64,000 nucleotides of DNA, from sequence record LC727698.1. One strand, given 5' to 3'. The notes below the pieces were generated by a model. The model was given only the letters and a program-made list of their open reading frames with translations. It searched no databases and was not told the DNA's origin. Both the position numbers and the translations under genes were made by a program. Positions 17,424-25,978 of this stretch are shown piece after piece; the first letter of the stretch is position 1, and each line of letters begins with the position of its first letter.

Positions 17424-18650
17424 ATGTCGAAAGAAACATGCTCTTATTGCAATAAAGGCAAAGATGATGTGTCTAAGTTGTTTCGTAGCCCTGCTAAATA
17501 TGGATCAAATGTATATATATGTGACCAGTGTGTAACTCAGTGCAACAATTTTTTAGAAACTGCTGAAACAAATGATCAGGAATCTAATAAATTAGAAATA
17601 AAATACACACCTGAAGAACTAAAGGAATTGCTAGATAAAGACATTGTAGGGCAAGATCACGCAAAAGAATTACTAAGTCTAGCAGTGTATAATCATTATA
17701 AACGGGTAAACTATAACACTACTGAACATGATGTAGAGTTATCTAAATCTAACATAATGCTACTGGGACCTTCAGGCAGCGGTAAGACATTTTTAATATC
17801 TAGTATATCTAAATTGTTAAACATACCTTTTGTTTCTGTAGATTCTACTTCGCTAACAGAGGCAGGATATGTCGGCGATCATGTAGAGACTATATTTACT
17901 AGATTAATCGCAGAAGCAAATGGTGACATAGAACTAGCGCAACGTGGAATCGTATTTATAGATGAAATAGATAAGAAACGTTCTAAAAAAGGAACAAATT
18001 CTGCAGGATCTGATGTTTCCGGCGAAGGTGTCCAACAGTCTTTACTTCGGGTGCTAGAAGGAACAACAATTAAGTTAGAACTAAATTCTAACAGTATGTT
18101 TAGTCCTAGACAGGAAATTATGTTTGACACAACTAACGTTTTGTTTATAGTTGGCGGCGCATTTATAGGATTAGATGCAGTAATAAATAAAAGACTTAGT
18201 TCTACTAAATCTCAAATGGGATTTGGTTCCGAAGCTGGTAAACCCATAGAAGGTAGTTTATTCTATGTAGAACCGGAAGATTTGTATACATACGGTTTTA
18301 TAAGAGAATTTGTAGGGAGATTTCCTGTTCTTATTGCGTTTCATGATGTAACAGAGACTATGCTTCGTCGAATTCTAGTAGAGCCTAAAAGTTCTATACT
18401 TAAACAATATCAAACTATGTTTAAATTAGATAACATTGAATTAGAATTCGATGAAGATTTTATAAAATCTGTTGCTACTACAGCGTTTAATAGGAAAACA
18501 GGCGCACGTGGTTTAAGAACTATTTTAGAAAAAGAACTATCTAGTATAGCATATAGATTGCCTTCTATAAGACGAGAAGGGTTTAGCAAGATTATTATAC
18601 ACGAACTAGGAAAACATAATTTCATAAAAGGGCAAAATGAAGACATTTAA
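17424..18650 (+). CDS. clpX: ATP-dependent Clp protease ATPase ClpX
   Basis: C4 zinc finger, GPSGSGKT, EAGYVG, FIDEIDK, DVSGEGVQQ, GARGLR. Confidence 0.96.
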   Translation: MSKETCSYCNKGKDDVSKLFRSPAKYGSNVYICDQCVTQCNNFLETAETNDQESNKLEIKYTPEELKELLDKDIVGQDHAKELLSLAVYNHYKRVNYNTTEHDVELSKSNIMLLGPSGSGKTFLISSISKLLNIPFVSVDSTSLTEAGYVGDHVETIFTRLIAEANGDIELAQRGIVFIDEIDKKRSKKGTNSAGSDVSGEGVQQSLLRVLEGTTIKLELNSNSMFSPRQEIMFDTTNVLFIVGGAFIGLDAVINKRLSSTKSQMGFGSEAGKPIEGSLFYVEPEDLYTYGFIREFVGRFPVLIAFHDVTETMLRRILVEPKSSILKQYQTMFKLDNIELEFDEDFIKSVATTAFNRKTGARGLRTILEKELSSIAYRLPSIRREGFSKIIIHELGKHNFIKGQNEDI

Positions 18651-18843
18651 TATAATTACTGGTCTTACTGTAGAAGTAAGACACGATAACTTTAACCAAG
18701 CACTTAGAACTTTTACTAAAAAGGTTCAAAATTCAGGAAAATTAAAAGAAGTTCGAGAACGCGAATTCTATGAAAAGCCTTCTGTAAAAAAGACAAAAGC
18801 TAAAAAAGCAGCAATTCAACGCCAGAAAAAGAAAAAAATATAA
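18637..18843 (+). CDS. rpsU: ribosomal protein bS21
   Basis: V.VR...F..ALR.F.KK......L.E.R.REFYEKPS..K...KKAA. Confidence 0.9.
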   Translation: MKTFNIITGLTVEVRHDNFNQALRTFTKKVQNSGKLKEVREREFYEKPSVKKTKAKKAAIQRQKKKKI

Positions 18844-18845
18844 TA

Positions 18846-19181
18846 ATGGATCTTTGCAGGATTTTAAATAATGAACTTATGTTTTGCAGAAATCGTAGGA
18901 ATAAACTCTATTATAGCCTACGGCAATTGGATAAAGTCGAGATCCCTGCAGATCCTGCAGATTCTTTACTTATTTCCAGCATAAAAATGGATATAGAACA
19001 GCTCCAATCGTATAAAGATGCTATATCCGAATGCAGTAGACTCGAACAACGTATAATCTGTATAGATAAAACTATGCAGTATATCCGTCGGTATTGCAAT
19101 CATAAGTTTGTGTATCACAATACTAATTATCATACAAATACAGATGCAGAAAAATGCATTTATTGCGGATTAATAATTTAA
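18846..19181 (+). CDS. hypothetical protein, possible C-terminal metal-binding motif
   Basis: CNH...CIYCG at C-terminus. Confidence 0.55.
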   Translation: MDLCRILNNELMFCRNRRNKLYYSLRQLDKVEIPADPADSLLISSIKMDIEQLQSYKDAISECSRLEQRIICIDKTMQYIRRYCNHKFVYHNTNYHTNTDAEKCIYCGLII

Positions 19182-19182
19182 T

Positions 19183-19653
19183 ATGGCATATTTTTCAACT
19201 AAGAGATTTGGACCTATTTCTACTGGCCATCGTCAATGGAAAGATACGGGTCATTGCAGTAGAATACACGGCTATGGAAGAACAGTGAAGATTGTTTTTT
19301 CTGCTACTACATTAGATGATAAAATGTGGGTAGTAGATTTTGGTGGATTGAAAGATTTTAGGAAATGGTTGGAAGAACAATGGGATCATAATGTTTTAGT
19401 TGCATCCGATGATCCTAAGTTAAATATCCTTAAACAAATGGAACAAGAAGGTCTAGTTAAATTAAATATAATGGATGTTAAAAAAGGTCATGGTCCCGGA
19501 ATAGAAGGTTCATGTAAGCATCTGTTTGACTATTTAAATCCCATCATAGAAAAACATTCTGGCGGAAGATGTTGGGTCCATAGTATAGAAATATGGGAAC
19601 ACGAAAACAATTCCGCTATATATGAAACGTATAAGTCAACATTTAAAAGATAA
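19183..19653 (+). CDS. second QueD/PTPS-like protein
   Basis: GHRQW...HC..IHGY, WVVDFGGLK, WDH, WEHENNSAIY. Confidence 0.8.
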   Translation: MAYFSTKRFGPISTGHRQWKDTGHCSRIHGYGRTVKIVFSATTLDDKMWVVDFGGLKDFRKWLEEQWDHNVLVASDDPKLNILKQMEQEGLVKLNIMDVKKGHGPGIEGSCKHLFDYLNPIIEKHSGGRCWVHSIEIWEHENNSAIYETYKSTFKR

Positions 19654-19656
19654 ATA
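19649..19656 (+). promoter_or_regulatory. late promoter (GATAAATA) for hsp20
   Basis: Overlaps the upstream stop codon. Confidence 0.6.
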
Positions 19657-19660
19657 ACAT

Positions 19661-19731
19661 TAGTATTCCACGAGGAATACTATACAACGAGTGCCATATT
19701 GGGCTCACACTATATCTTGCGTAAAGGAGAT
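19661..19731 (+). promoter_or_regulatory. candidate ROSE-like RNA thermometer
   Basis: Three hairpins; the last pairs AUCUU(G)C with GGAGAU over the SD with a bulged G. Confidence 0.5.
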
Positions 19732-19736
19732 TAAAA

Positions 19737-20168
19737 ATGCAAAAACATGTTATAATGTCATCTAACCTAGCTAATTATAGATATGCACTAGGTGCAACTG
19801 ATTTACTTAATACTATTACTAATGAACTTAGTAGCCAGAAGTTTCCTCCCCATAATTTGATAAAGAATGCAGACGGTAGCTATTGTCTTGAATTAGCTCT
19901 TGCCGGTTATGATAAATCCGAGCTAGATGTTTATGTAGATAGCAGAGAACGACTGTTAGTAATAGAAACAAAACCGGAACGAATTTTTAAAACTGAAGTA
20001 GAATACGAACACAAAGGTATTTCTAGTAAAGATTTTTCTGTCAAATTCAGACTTGTAGACGATCTTATAAATATATCTTCGTGCGGTATGAAAAATGGCA
20101 TTCTAACAATAAAAATTCAACCGCCAAGTCCTGCAGAATCACAACGAAAAGTAATTGATATAGAATAA
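19737..20168 (+). CDS. small heat-shock protein (Hsp20/IbpA family)
   Basis: FPPHNL, ELALAGY, Y.HKGIS...F...F, NGILTI, C-terminal I.I motif. Confidence 0.92.
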   Translation: MQKHVIMSSNLANYRYALGATDLLNTITNELSSQKFPPHNLIKNADGSYCLELALAGYDKSELDVYVDSRERLLVIETKPERIFKTEVEYEHKGISSKDFSVKFRLVDDLINISSCGMKNGILTIKIQPPSPAESQRKVIDIE

Positions 20169-20175
20169 TGTTTAC

Positions 20176-20207
20176 AAATAAAAAGCTGGTATTCCAGCTT
20201 TTTATTT
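20176..20207 (+). terminator. rho-independent terminator
   Basis: AAATAAAAAGCTGG-tatt-CCAGCTTTTTATTT. Confidence 0.85.
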
Positions 20208-20218
20208 TGCTATATAAC

Positions 20219-20247
20219 TTGACGACACTGTTTAAACATATATAATA
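20219..20247 (+). promoter_or_regulatory. sigma70 promoter of clpS
   Basis: TTGACG-17-TATAAT. Confidence 0.8.
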
Positions 20248-20282
20248 ATGTGTATCAATTACGATCAACTTGGGATTTAAAA

Positions 20283-20585
20283 ATGACTGTAAAGGTAGCT
20301 AATAAAGTTGAAACTTCGTCTACTGTATTTCAACCTAAGAAATATAATGTAGTTTTCCACAACGATAACAAAACCACTATGGAATTTGTTATGCAATTGT
20401 TAGTTTATATATATGACTACGATGCATCTAGCGCATACAATACAATGATGGAAGTGCATGAACGCGGTGCAAAGATTGTAGGCAGCTATACAAAAGAAAT
20501 TGCAGAATCGAAACAGTCTAAATCTGTTCAACTTGCTATTAACAACGGTTATCCTGATTTTAAAGTAACTGTAGAAGAATCGTAA
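20283..20585 (+). CDS. clpS: Clp protease adaptor ClpS
   Basis: Y.V.FHND..T.MEFV, M.VH..G, EIAE.K; ATG 20283 preferred because 20250 lies only 2 nt after the -10 box. Confidence 0.92.
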   Translation: MTVKVANKVETSSTVFQPKKYNVVFHNDNKTTMEFVMQLLVYIYDYDASSAYNTMMEVHERGAKIVGSYTKEIAESKQSKSVQLAINNGYPDFKVTVEES

Positions 20586-20597
20586 TACAGCAAAAAC

Positions 20598-20617
20598 GGG
20601 GGTAGACACCTGCCCCC
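20598..20617 (+). terminator. GC-rich hairpin after clpS
   Basis: GGGGGTAG-acac-CTGCCCCC, weak U tract. Confidence 0.5.
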
Positions 20618-20659
20618 TTCCCTATTATAATAAATAAAGCATATAGGGATATAAGAATT

Positions 20660-21208
20660 ATGAATGATTCCATAAAGAAATACATATCTATTGCAGAAGC
20701 TGCATCGTCCGTAAAGAAAATTCCTATCCCGTATTCCGTAAGTAGTCTTAGTCCTACTTTCTCTAAAGATTTAGTAGAACTACATTACGGAACACTCTAT
20801 TCTAATTACATATCTTCAGTAAACAAAGACCCCAGTAATAAATTTTCATTTGCAGGTGCATACTTGCATGGGATTTATTTTAGTCAATTTACTGATTCTC
20901 AAAAAAGATATTCTCCTTCCGGGATATTGTTAAAAGATATAAAATCTAAATTTACTTCATTTTCTAAATTTAAAAATGAGGTTATATCTGCATGTATGGA
21001 TGTTCATGGTTCCGGATGGATTTATGTTTCTAATACCCTTGTAATAAAGGAAATCCCAAATCACGAAGTAAGAGACGATATATTCTTACTTATTGATTGT
21101 TGGGAGCATGCATATATGCTCGATTATAAAGCAGACAAGAAGTCATACTACGAGAATATATGGAATATATTTAATTGGGAATATCTGGAGGGTATGTATT
21201 CTCAATAA
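20660..21208 (+). CDS. Fe/Mn superoxide dismutase family protein
   Basis: LHY, YLH, GSGW, DCWEHAY..DY: all four metal ligands present. Confidence 0.88.
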   Translation: MNDSIKKYISIAEAASSVKKIPIPYSVSSLSPTFSKDLVELHYGTLYSNYISSVNKDPSNKFSFAGAYLHGIYFSQFTDSQKRYSPSGILLKDIKSKFTSFSKFKNEVISACMDVHGSGWIYVSNTLVIKEIPNHEVRDDIFLLIDCWEHAYMLDYKADKKSYYENIWNIFNWEYLEGMYSQ

Positions 21209-21227
21209 ATAACTTCGGTGAATACTT

Positions 21228-21512
21228 ATGAGAACTAAAAAGCATTGGGATGAATGCCTCTTTTCTTTATCTTATGAAACTGCACAACACATGGCATTTG
21301 AATTAAAGGAATTTGCCAAGCAAGCAGGATTTAATCCAAACGGTATTAAAGTATTGTCGAAAAAACAAATTCATAAATATGTAAAAGCTGATGCAGCTAT
21401 TATGTGGGGCGAAGGTCCAGAGTGTTGGGCTAATTCGTTATTGTTTAAAGATTTATTAGGAGTATACGTATCTACCTATAAGGGTAACACAATTCTATTT
21501 CATGACAGGTAA
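21228..21512 (+). CDS. hypothetical protein
   Basis: 94-aa ORF after AATAAATA late-type motif. Confidence 0.6.
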   Translation: MRTKKHWDECLFSLSYETAQHMAFELKEFAKQAGFNPNGIKVLSKKQIHKYVKADAAIMWGEGPECWANSLLFKDLLGVYVSTYKGNTILFHDR

Positions 21513-21521
21513 TGCAAATAA

Positions 21522-21815
21522 ATGATAGATATACACACTATTGGAAAAGATTACACAGTAATCAATAAAAGAAATGGTGTATCTGTAACAGTTAGTGTGG
21601 TATTTTATAAAGATATTTTACGCAATATAAAACCATATTCTATAACTCAACCTATAGACCAATATGTAATTTATGTTTGTGAACAAATTAAACCAACTAA
21701 ACCATATCACTGGCATACTAATTATTCGGAAACTATTAACTTAGAACATTTAATAAAAGAAACATTACAAAATAATAAACAATTATTAATAATACAAGAT
21801 TTATATACAGACTGA
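21522..21815 (+). CDS. hypothetical protein
   Basis: 97-aa ORF. Confidence 0.5.
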   Translation: MIDIHTIGKDYTVINKRNGVSVTVSVVFYKDILRNIKPYSITQPIDQYVIYVCEQIKPTKPYHWHTNYSETINLEHLIKETLQNNKQLLIIQDLYTD

Positions 21816-21882
21816 TATGGATAGCTTTTGCAACAAGAAGCTTGAAGATCGACACAAACGCATGACGTAATAAGGATTATAA

Positions 21883-22110
21883 ATGAAAACATTTGATTTT
21901 ACTTTTGGAGTATATAGAGCTAAACAGTGTGAATGGAAAGGAAATTCTAAAACACAATGCGGAGCAAAACCTATAGAAGGAAAAGCATATTGTTTAGAAC
22001 ACTTTAAAAAGGCATATGTTAATATTTCTGAAGAAATGTTAGATAAACAAACAGAAGCACAGTTAAAGAAATTAGAAAAAGAAATGCCTGTGGTAATCGA
22101 AGAAGAGTAA
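21883..22110 (+). CDS. GcrA C-terminal-domain-like protein
   Basis: C.W.G...CG......YC..H...AY; AAGGA RBS. Confidence 0.55.
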   Translation: MKTFDFTFGVYRAKQCEWKGNSKTQCGAKPIEGKAYCLEHFKKAYVNISEEMLDKQTEAQLKKLEKEMPVVIEEE

Positions 22111-22141
22111 AAACAATCCCCGCAATTGCGGGGATTGTTTT
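22110..22141. terminator. 32-bp perfect palindrome, bidirectional terminator
   Basis: AAAACAATCCCCGCAA|TTGCGGGGATTGTTTT. Confidence 0.85.
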
Positions 22142-22155
22142 ATAAGGAGATAAAA

Positions 22156-22800
22156 TTGGAACTTAAAACAAATGAACAGAAATCTATAATAGGAACATTT
22201 GCAACTTTAATGTTAACTAGAATATTTGCAGCCGCCGGTGCATATTTAGCATTAACTATGCCAATTCTTAATATGAATTTACTTGTGTGTATATTTTCAT
22301 ATTTTGCTATAATGTTTATTATAGATTGTATTAGAACAAATGTGTATGTGTCTATTGTAGGGAGTGTATTTTTATTATTTTGGCAAGGAATAACATTAGG
22401 GAATGGATTAACTGCGTTACTGGGGGAAGTAGCGCCATTATTAGTTTTAGTTATGTTTACTATAAGTTCGTTTTTATATATGTTTCTTTGTGCAAACGCA
22501 ATTATGTCAAAAAACATTTTTAGTTTCGCGTCGTCATTTAATGTTTCTATAGCAATGACTTTGCTTGTGACCATAGTAATGTCTATACTATTAGATCTAT
22601 CAGTCAGTTATTGTATAGGCAGTATGATAATAAACGTGATTAATTGCGTGGTAATACTCAAAACATTAGAAGATTGTATAAACGAAAAATGTGAAAATAT
22701 ATCTATGCAAAAACTATCTACAACTGTAGTATTATTTTGGTACGATACAATAATGGAGTCTATAGAGAAACTTTTAAAACTATTTACATATAAGCGGTAA
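22156..22800 (+). CDS. polytopic membrane protein, BI-1/YccA-like
   Basis: About 6-7 hydrophobic segments; TTG start after AAGGAG; C-terminal LFWYD.I....LL.LF resembles the BI-1 L(Y/F)xD.IN.F..LL motif; next to ftsH. Confidence 0.45.
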   Translation: MELKTNEQKSIIGTFATLMLTRIFAAAGAYLALTMPILNMNLLVCIFSYFAIMFIIDCIRTNVYVSIVGSVFLLFWQGITLGNGLTALLGEVAPLLVLVMFTISSFLYMFLCANAIMSKNIFSFASSFNVSIAMTLLVTIVMSILLDLSVSYCIGSMIINVINCVVILKTLEDCINEKCENISMQKLSTTVVLFWYDTIMESIEKLLKLFTYKR

Positions 22801-22811
22801 ACAGTTATATT
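22783..22811 (+). promoter_or_regulatory. putative sigma70 promoter of ftsH
   Basis: TTTACA-17-TATATT. Confidence 0.55.
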
Positions 22812-22840
22812 ACACACATAACCCCTTATAGGATCAAATA

Positions 22841-24571
22841 ATGCAACATATTGTTAAGTTCATAAAAAATAACAGATTTATTATTTTATTTCTTGTAATA
22901 TGCATAACTGGATTTGCGTTAACGATTAATTACAAGCCAACTAGTGTGTCTATAAACACCTTTTTATCAGACGCATCGAGCGGTAAAATAATTAGTGTTA
23001 AATTAAAAGAAGATGGACAAACACTACAGTATGTTACTAACACATCAGACAGAAGAAAAGTAACATTCCCCGGAGATACTAGTAAATTAATAGAATCATT
23101 TCTTAAAGCAGGTGTTCCTGTAGTAACTGAAGAACCTTCTGCCCCTAGTCCATTCCTTACTAGTTTGGTGTCTGGACTTATAGTAATGTTAGTATTTTTA
23201 ATTTTAATGGTATTCGTTTTGAAGCGAATGGGTCCTGGCTCTTCATTAGATGCAAAAAGTAAATCTAAACTTCGCAAGATAGAACCAAAAGACATTGAAG
23301 TAACGTTTAACGATGTAGCTGGTCATACTCACGAAATAAATGAAGTAAAAGAGTTAGTTGATTTTATTGCTCATCGATCTAAGTATTCTAGCATGGGAAT
23401 AGATGTGCCTCGTGGAATTCTAATGCACGGCAGCCCTGGCGTCGGGAAAACACTTTTAGCAAAGGCAATGGCAAAAGAGGCAAATGTTAATTTTTTCTAT
23501 GTTGCTGGATCTGAGTTTAATGATACATTTGTCGGTGTAGGTGCAAACCGTGTAACGGATATGTTTAAAAAAGCAAAGGAAGCTGCGCCGTGCATTATTT
23601 TCATAGACGAAATTGATGCACTTGCACAACAACGTTCTACTAAAATATCTAATGGGTCAGACCAAACACTCAATCAGTTATTAGTAGAAATGGATGGAAT
23701 GCAAGATAACGATGGTATTACAATTCTTGCAGCTACTAATAGACTAGATATATTAGATCCGGCTGTCATTCGTCCTAAACGATTTGACAGAATTGTTCAA
23801 CTAAGCTTACCTGATGTGGGGATTAGACAGAAGATTTTAGAAATAAATGCAAATGGAAAAACATTTGAAGACAATGTAGATTTTTCAGTAATAGCAAAAG
23901 GAACTCCAGGATTCTCTGGTGCTGAGTTAGCTAAACTAGTCAATGAGGCTGCAATCTATGCAGTAAGGTCTGGACAAACTGTAATTACCCAGGAGCATGT
24001 AGAACGAGCAAAAGATAAGGTGTTAATGGGTGAAAATTCGACAAAGAAATATACCCAGGAAGAATTGCTTCGTACTGCATACCATGAAGCCGGTCATGCA
24101 ATATCAGGTGTAATTTACAAATCTAATGATAACTTGCATAAAGTATCTATCATTCCTCGAGGTCTAGCACTAGGTGTAACTGTATTTCTTCCTAACGAAG
24201 AGCCTTCTGTTAGCAAAGAGCAGCTCATGAATAAATTAGTTACTTTAATGGCAGGCCGTGCAGCAGAAGAACTCATATACGGTGAGTCTGCAATATCCAC
24301 TGGTGCGAGTTCAGATATAAAGAGAGCAACCGAACTTGCAGTATACATGACCACATCGTGTGGTTTCGGTAGTATAGGACCGGTTGCGACATCGACCCTG
24401 GCTAGTTTGCAATCTAGTGCAGAACAAGATGCAGCAATTCTAGTAAAAGATGCGTACAATAAGGCTATAACATTACTTTCGGATAAAAAGGCTGAATTAA
24501 AACTTGTAGCAGACTTGTTAATGGAAAAAGAAACAATAGATTGTGCAGAAGTAGAACAAGTTCTTGCATAA
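22841..24571 (+). CDS. ftsH: ATP-dependent zinc metalloprotease FtsH
   Basis: Two N-terminal TMs, GSPGVGKT, FVGVGA, FIDEID, ATNR.D.LDPA..RP.RFDR, HEAGH, TGASSD. Confidence 0.96.
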   Translation: MQHIVKFIKNNRFIILFLVICITGFALTINYKPTSVSINTFLSDASSGKIISVKLKEDGQTLQYVTNTSDRRKVTFPGDTSKLIESFLKAGVPVVTEEPSAPSPFLTSLVSGLIVMLVFLILMVFVLKRMGPGSSLDAKSKSKLRKIEPKDIEVTFNDVAGHTHEINEVKELVDFIAHRSKYSSMGIDVPRGILMHGSPGVGKTLLAKAMAKEANVNFFYVAGSEFNDTFVGVGANRVTDMFKKAKEAAPCIIFIDEIDALAQQRSTKISNGSDQTLNQLLVEMDGMQDNDGITILAATNRLDILDPAVIRPKRFDRIVQLSLPDVGIRQKILEINANGKTFEDNVDFSVIAKGTPGFSGAELAKLVNEAAIYAVRSGQTVITQEHVERAKDKVLMGENSTKKYTQEELLRTAYHEAGHAISGVIYKSNDNLHKVSIIPRGLALGVTVFLPNEEPSVSKEQLMNKLVTLMAGRAAEELIYGESAISTGASSDIKRATELAVYMTTSCGFGSIGPVATSTLASLQSSAEQDAAILVKDAYNKAITLLSDKKAELKLVADLLMEKETIDCAEVEQVLA

Positions 24572-24598
24572 TATTAAGTAATTAAATAAGGCACTATT

Positions 24599-25969
24599 AT
24601 GATTCGTACAATTTTAGACGAAATCGGAAATACTACTAAACGAACTACTAAATTAGCTATTCTAGAAAGAAACAAGGATAATGACACATTAAAAAAAGTA
24701 ATACATTTGGCATTAAATCCATTTATTAACTTTTATATAAAGAAAATACCAGAATTCACGCGAACAGATACCATTCTTACCTTAGAACAAGCACTAACCG
24801 AATTATCTGTTCTATCTGATAGAATAAAAACAGGTAATGCTGCAATATTGCATCTAACATATATTCTTTCTAGTTTAACAGATGACGATGCAAATGTAAT
24901 TATTCGGATTATTAGAAAGGATTTACGCGCAGGGATACAAGATGCTACAGTTAATAAAATATGGAAGGATCTAGTACCTAAATATCCGTGCTTGCTAGCA
25001 GAACCCGCAACAGAAACTCTTCTTAGTAAATGCAAATTACCATATTATTCTCAGATAAAATCAGACGGAACTAGAATTAATATTCATGTTAGTAAATCCG
25101 GAATTGTTTCATTTTATGGAAGATCGGGTAAATCATACGATTTTAAAGATATTTTAGATGACGCATTTGTTTCGCTAATTAAATATTTCGACGAAGATAT
25201 GGTTTTTGATGGCGAATTAATAGTTGTAGATTCTAATAATAATATACTCCCCAGACGGACAGGAAACGGTATCATAAGTAAAGCACAAAGTGATACCATT
25301 ACAGATAATGAAATAAAGAATGTAAGAGCAATTCTTTGGGATTGTATTCCTCTTAGATGTTTTAATGAACATAAATGCACTACACCCTATTCTAGTAGAT
25401 TCGAAAGTTTATCAAATGCAATACATAAATTGCAAGTAGATGATGATTATATAGAAAGTAAAATATATAATACTATTTTAGGAAATATAGGGCAAATTAG
25501 GTTAGCAGAAACTCGTCTCCTTTATAGCAAAGAGGAAGTAAAAATCTTCTTCGACGAAGCAATATCTAGAAACGAAGAAGGCATAATGGTAAAATGTCCT
25601 GATAGTATATGGGAAAATAAACGAAGTAAGTTAGTATTAAAATATAAATCAGAAAAAGTATGCGAATTAATTGTAACTGGGTTTAATTACGGAACAGTAG
25701 GTACTAAAACAGAACATAAAGTTGGATCATTAATATGTGAAAGCTCAGACGGTAAGGTAATAGTCAACATATCTGGTTTAACTGACAGCGAACGCGATGA
25801 TGCAACAGCAAATTTTGAAAATAAATGGAAACATAGCATAGTGAGTGTTATGTATAATGAAAGAATTAAAAGCGTAGACCGAATAGGTGTTGATTCTCTT
25901 TTTCTTCCTAGATTTTTAGAAATAAGAACAGATAAATTTGAAGCAGATTCTAGCAAAGATATAAAATAA
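24599..25969 (+). CDS. ATP-dependent DNA ligase (T4 gp30-like)
   Basis: K.DG.R (KSDGTR), FDGEL, EEGIMVK, WENKRS, LFLPRF..IR.DK. Confidence 0.93.
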   Translation: MIRTILDEIGNTTKRTTKLAILERNKDNDTLKKVIHLALNPFINFYIKKIPEFTRTDTILTLEQALTELSVLSDRIKTGNAAILHLTYILSSLTDDDANVIIRIIRKDLRAGIQDATVNKIWKDLVPKYPCLLAEPATETLLSKCKLPYYSQIKSDGTRINIHVSKSGIVSFYGRSGKSYDFKDILDDAFVSLIKYFDEDMVFDGELIVVDSNNNILPRRTGNGIISKAQSDTITDNEIKNVRAILWDCIPLRCFNEHKCTTPYSSRFESLSNAIHKLQVDDDYIESKIYNTILGNIGQIRLAETRLLYSKEEVKIFFDEAISRNEEGIMVKCPDSIWENKRSKLVLKYKSEKVCELIVTGFNYGTVGTKTEHKVGSLICESSDGKVIVNISGLTDSERDDATANFENKWKHSIVSVMYNERIKSVDRIGVDSLFLPRFLEIRTDKFEADSSKDIK

Positions 25970-25978
25970 GGATATTTT

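Noticed and set aside
21817-21870. 17-codon minigene MDSFCNKKLEDRHKRMT
   Set aside because: No SD or motif; expected by chance
22126-22155. ORF-track start for the membrane protein
   Set aside because: It lies inside the terminator palindrome; TTG 22156 has an AAGGAG RBS
8280-25969. Introns, inteins or homing endonucleases in nrdA, nrdB, thyA or ligase
   Set aside because: All are uninterrupted and of normal length, with no splice-junction, LAGLIDADG, GIY-YIG or HNH motifs seen
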